Shown one piece after another: positions 63,805 through 64,000 of a stretch of 64,000 nt of DNA. Below the pieces are notes generated by a model, which was not told the DNA's origin, did not search any database, and worked only from the letters and a program-made list of their open reading frames with translations. Position 1 is the first letter of the stretch. The number at the start of each line of letters is the position of its first letter. The position numbers and the translations under genes were made by a program. Source of the DNA: Octopus vulgaris (Eukaryota); assembly GCA_951406725.2 (NCBI GenBank), contig OX597821.1, forward strand, positions 95,232,001 through 95,296,000, given 5' to 3'.

Positions 63805-64000
63805 AAAATGTGCGTATGATGTTATCTGTAGATCTAACAACGATCATGTCGTCTAGTGCAGAAAAATAAAAAAATTTCTAACATAAGATACAAGACTACA
63901 AATTTTTTTTTAAGAGGTCTTGTAGTTGGTTAAATCGATGTCAGCACTTTATTAACTTCAGAAAATAAAAACAAAAAAAAAAAGGGGGATCTTTTAGGAG

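Overview
AT-rich, microsatellite- and SINE-dense animal genomic DNA; the repeat families look like those of octopus/coleoid cephalopods (inference). Most of the window (about 1.7-49.7 kb, minus strand) is one intron-rich locus encoding a C9orf72 orthologue. I traced seven coding exons by eye with GT-AG sites and consistent phases; the last exon lies beyond position 1. Two things stand out. (1) An intronic tandem repeat of about 345 bp carries a type I hammerhead ribozyme in each of two successive units (19.4 and 19.7 kb, + strand), i.e. a retrozyme-like element predicted to release a 345-nt RNA that could circularise. Two further hammerhead relics are also present. (2) Upstream of the C9orf72 ATG, and apparently on the same transcript, lie a spliced 75-aa ORF and an 88-aa two-transmembrane ORF, suggesting a polycistronic mRNA. 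The window also holds an intact 3.8-kb hAT transposon (713-aa transposase, TIRs, 8-bp TSD), GG-terminal foldback MITEs with 8-bp TSDs, and decayed RTE, CR1, R4/Dong, gypsy and maT fragments. All coordinates were read manually; repeat boundaries are approximate.
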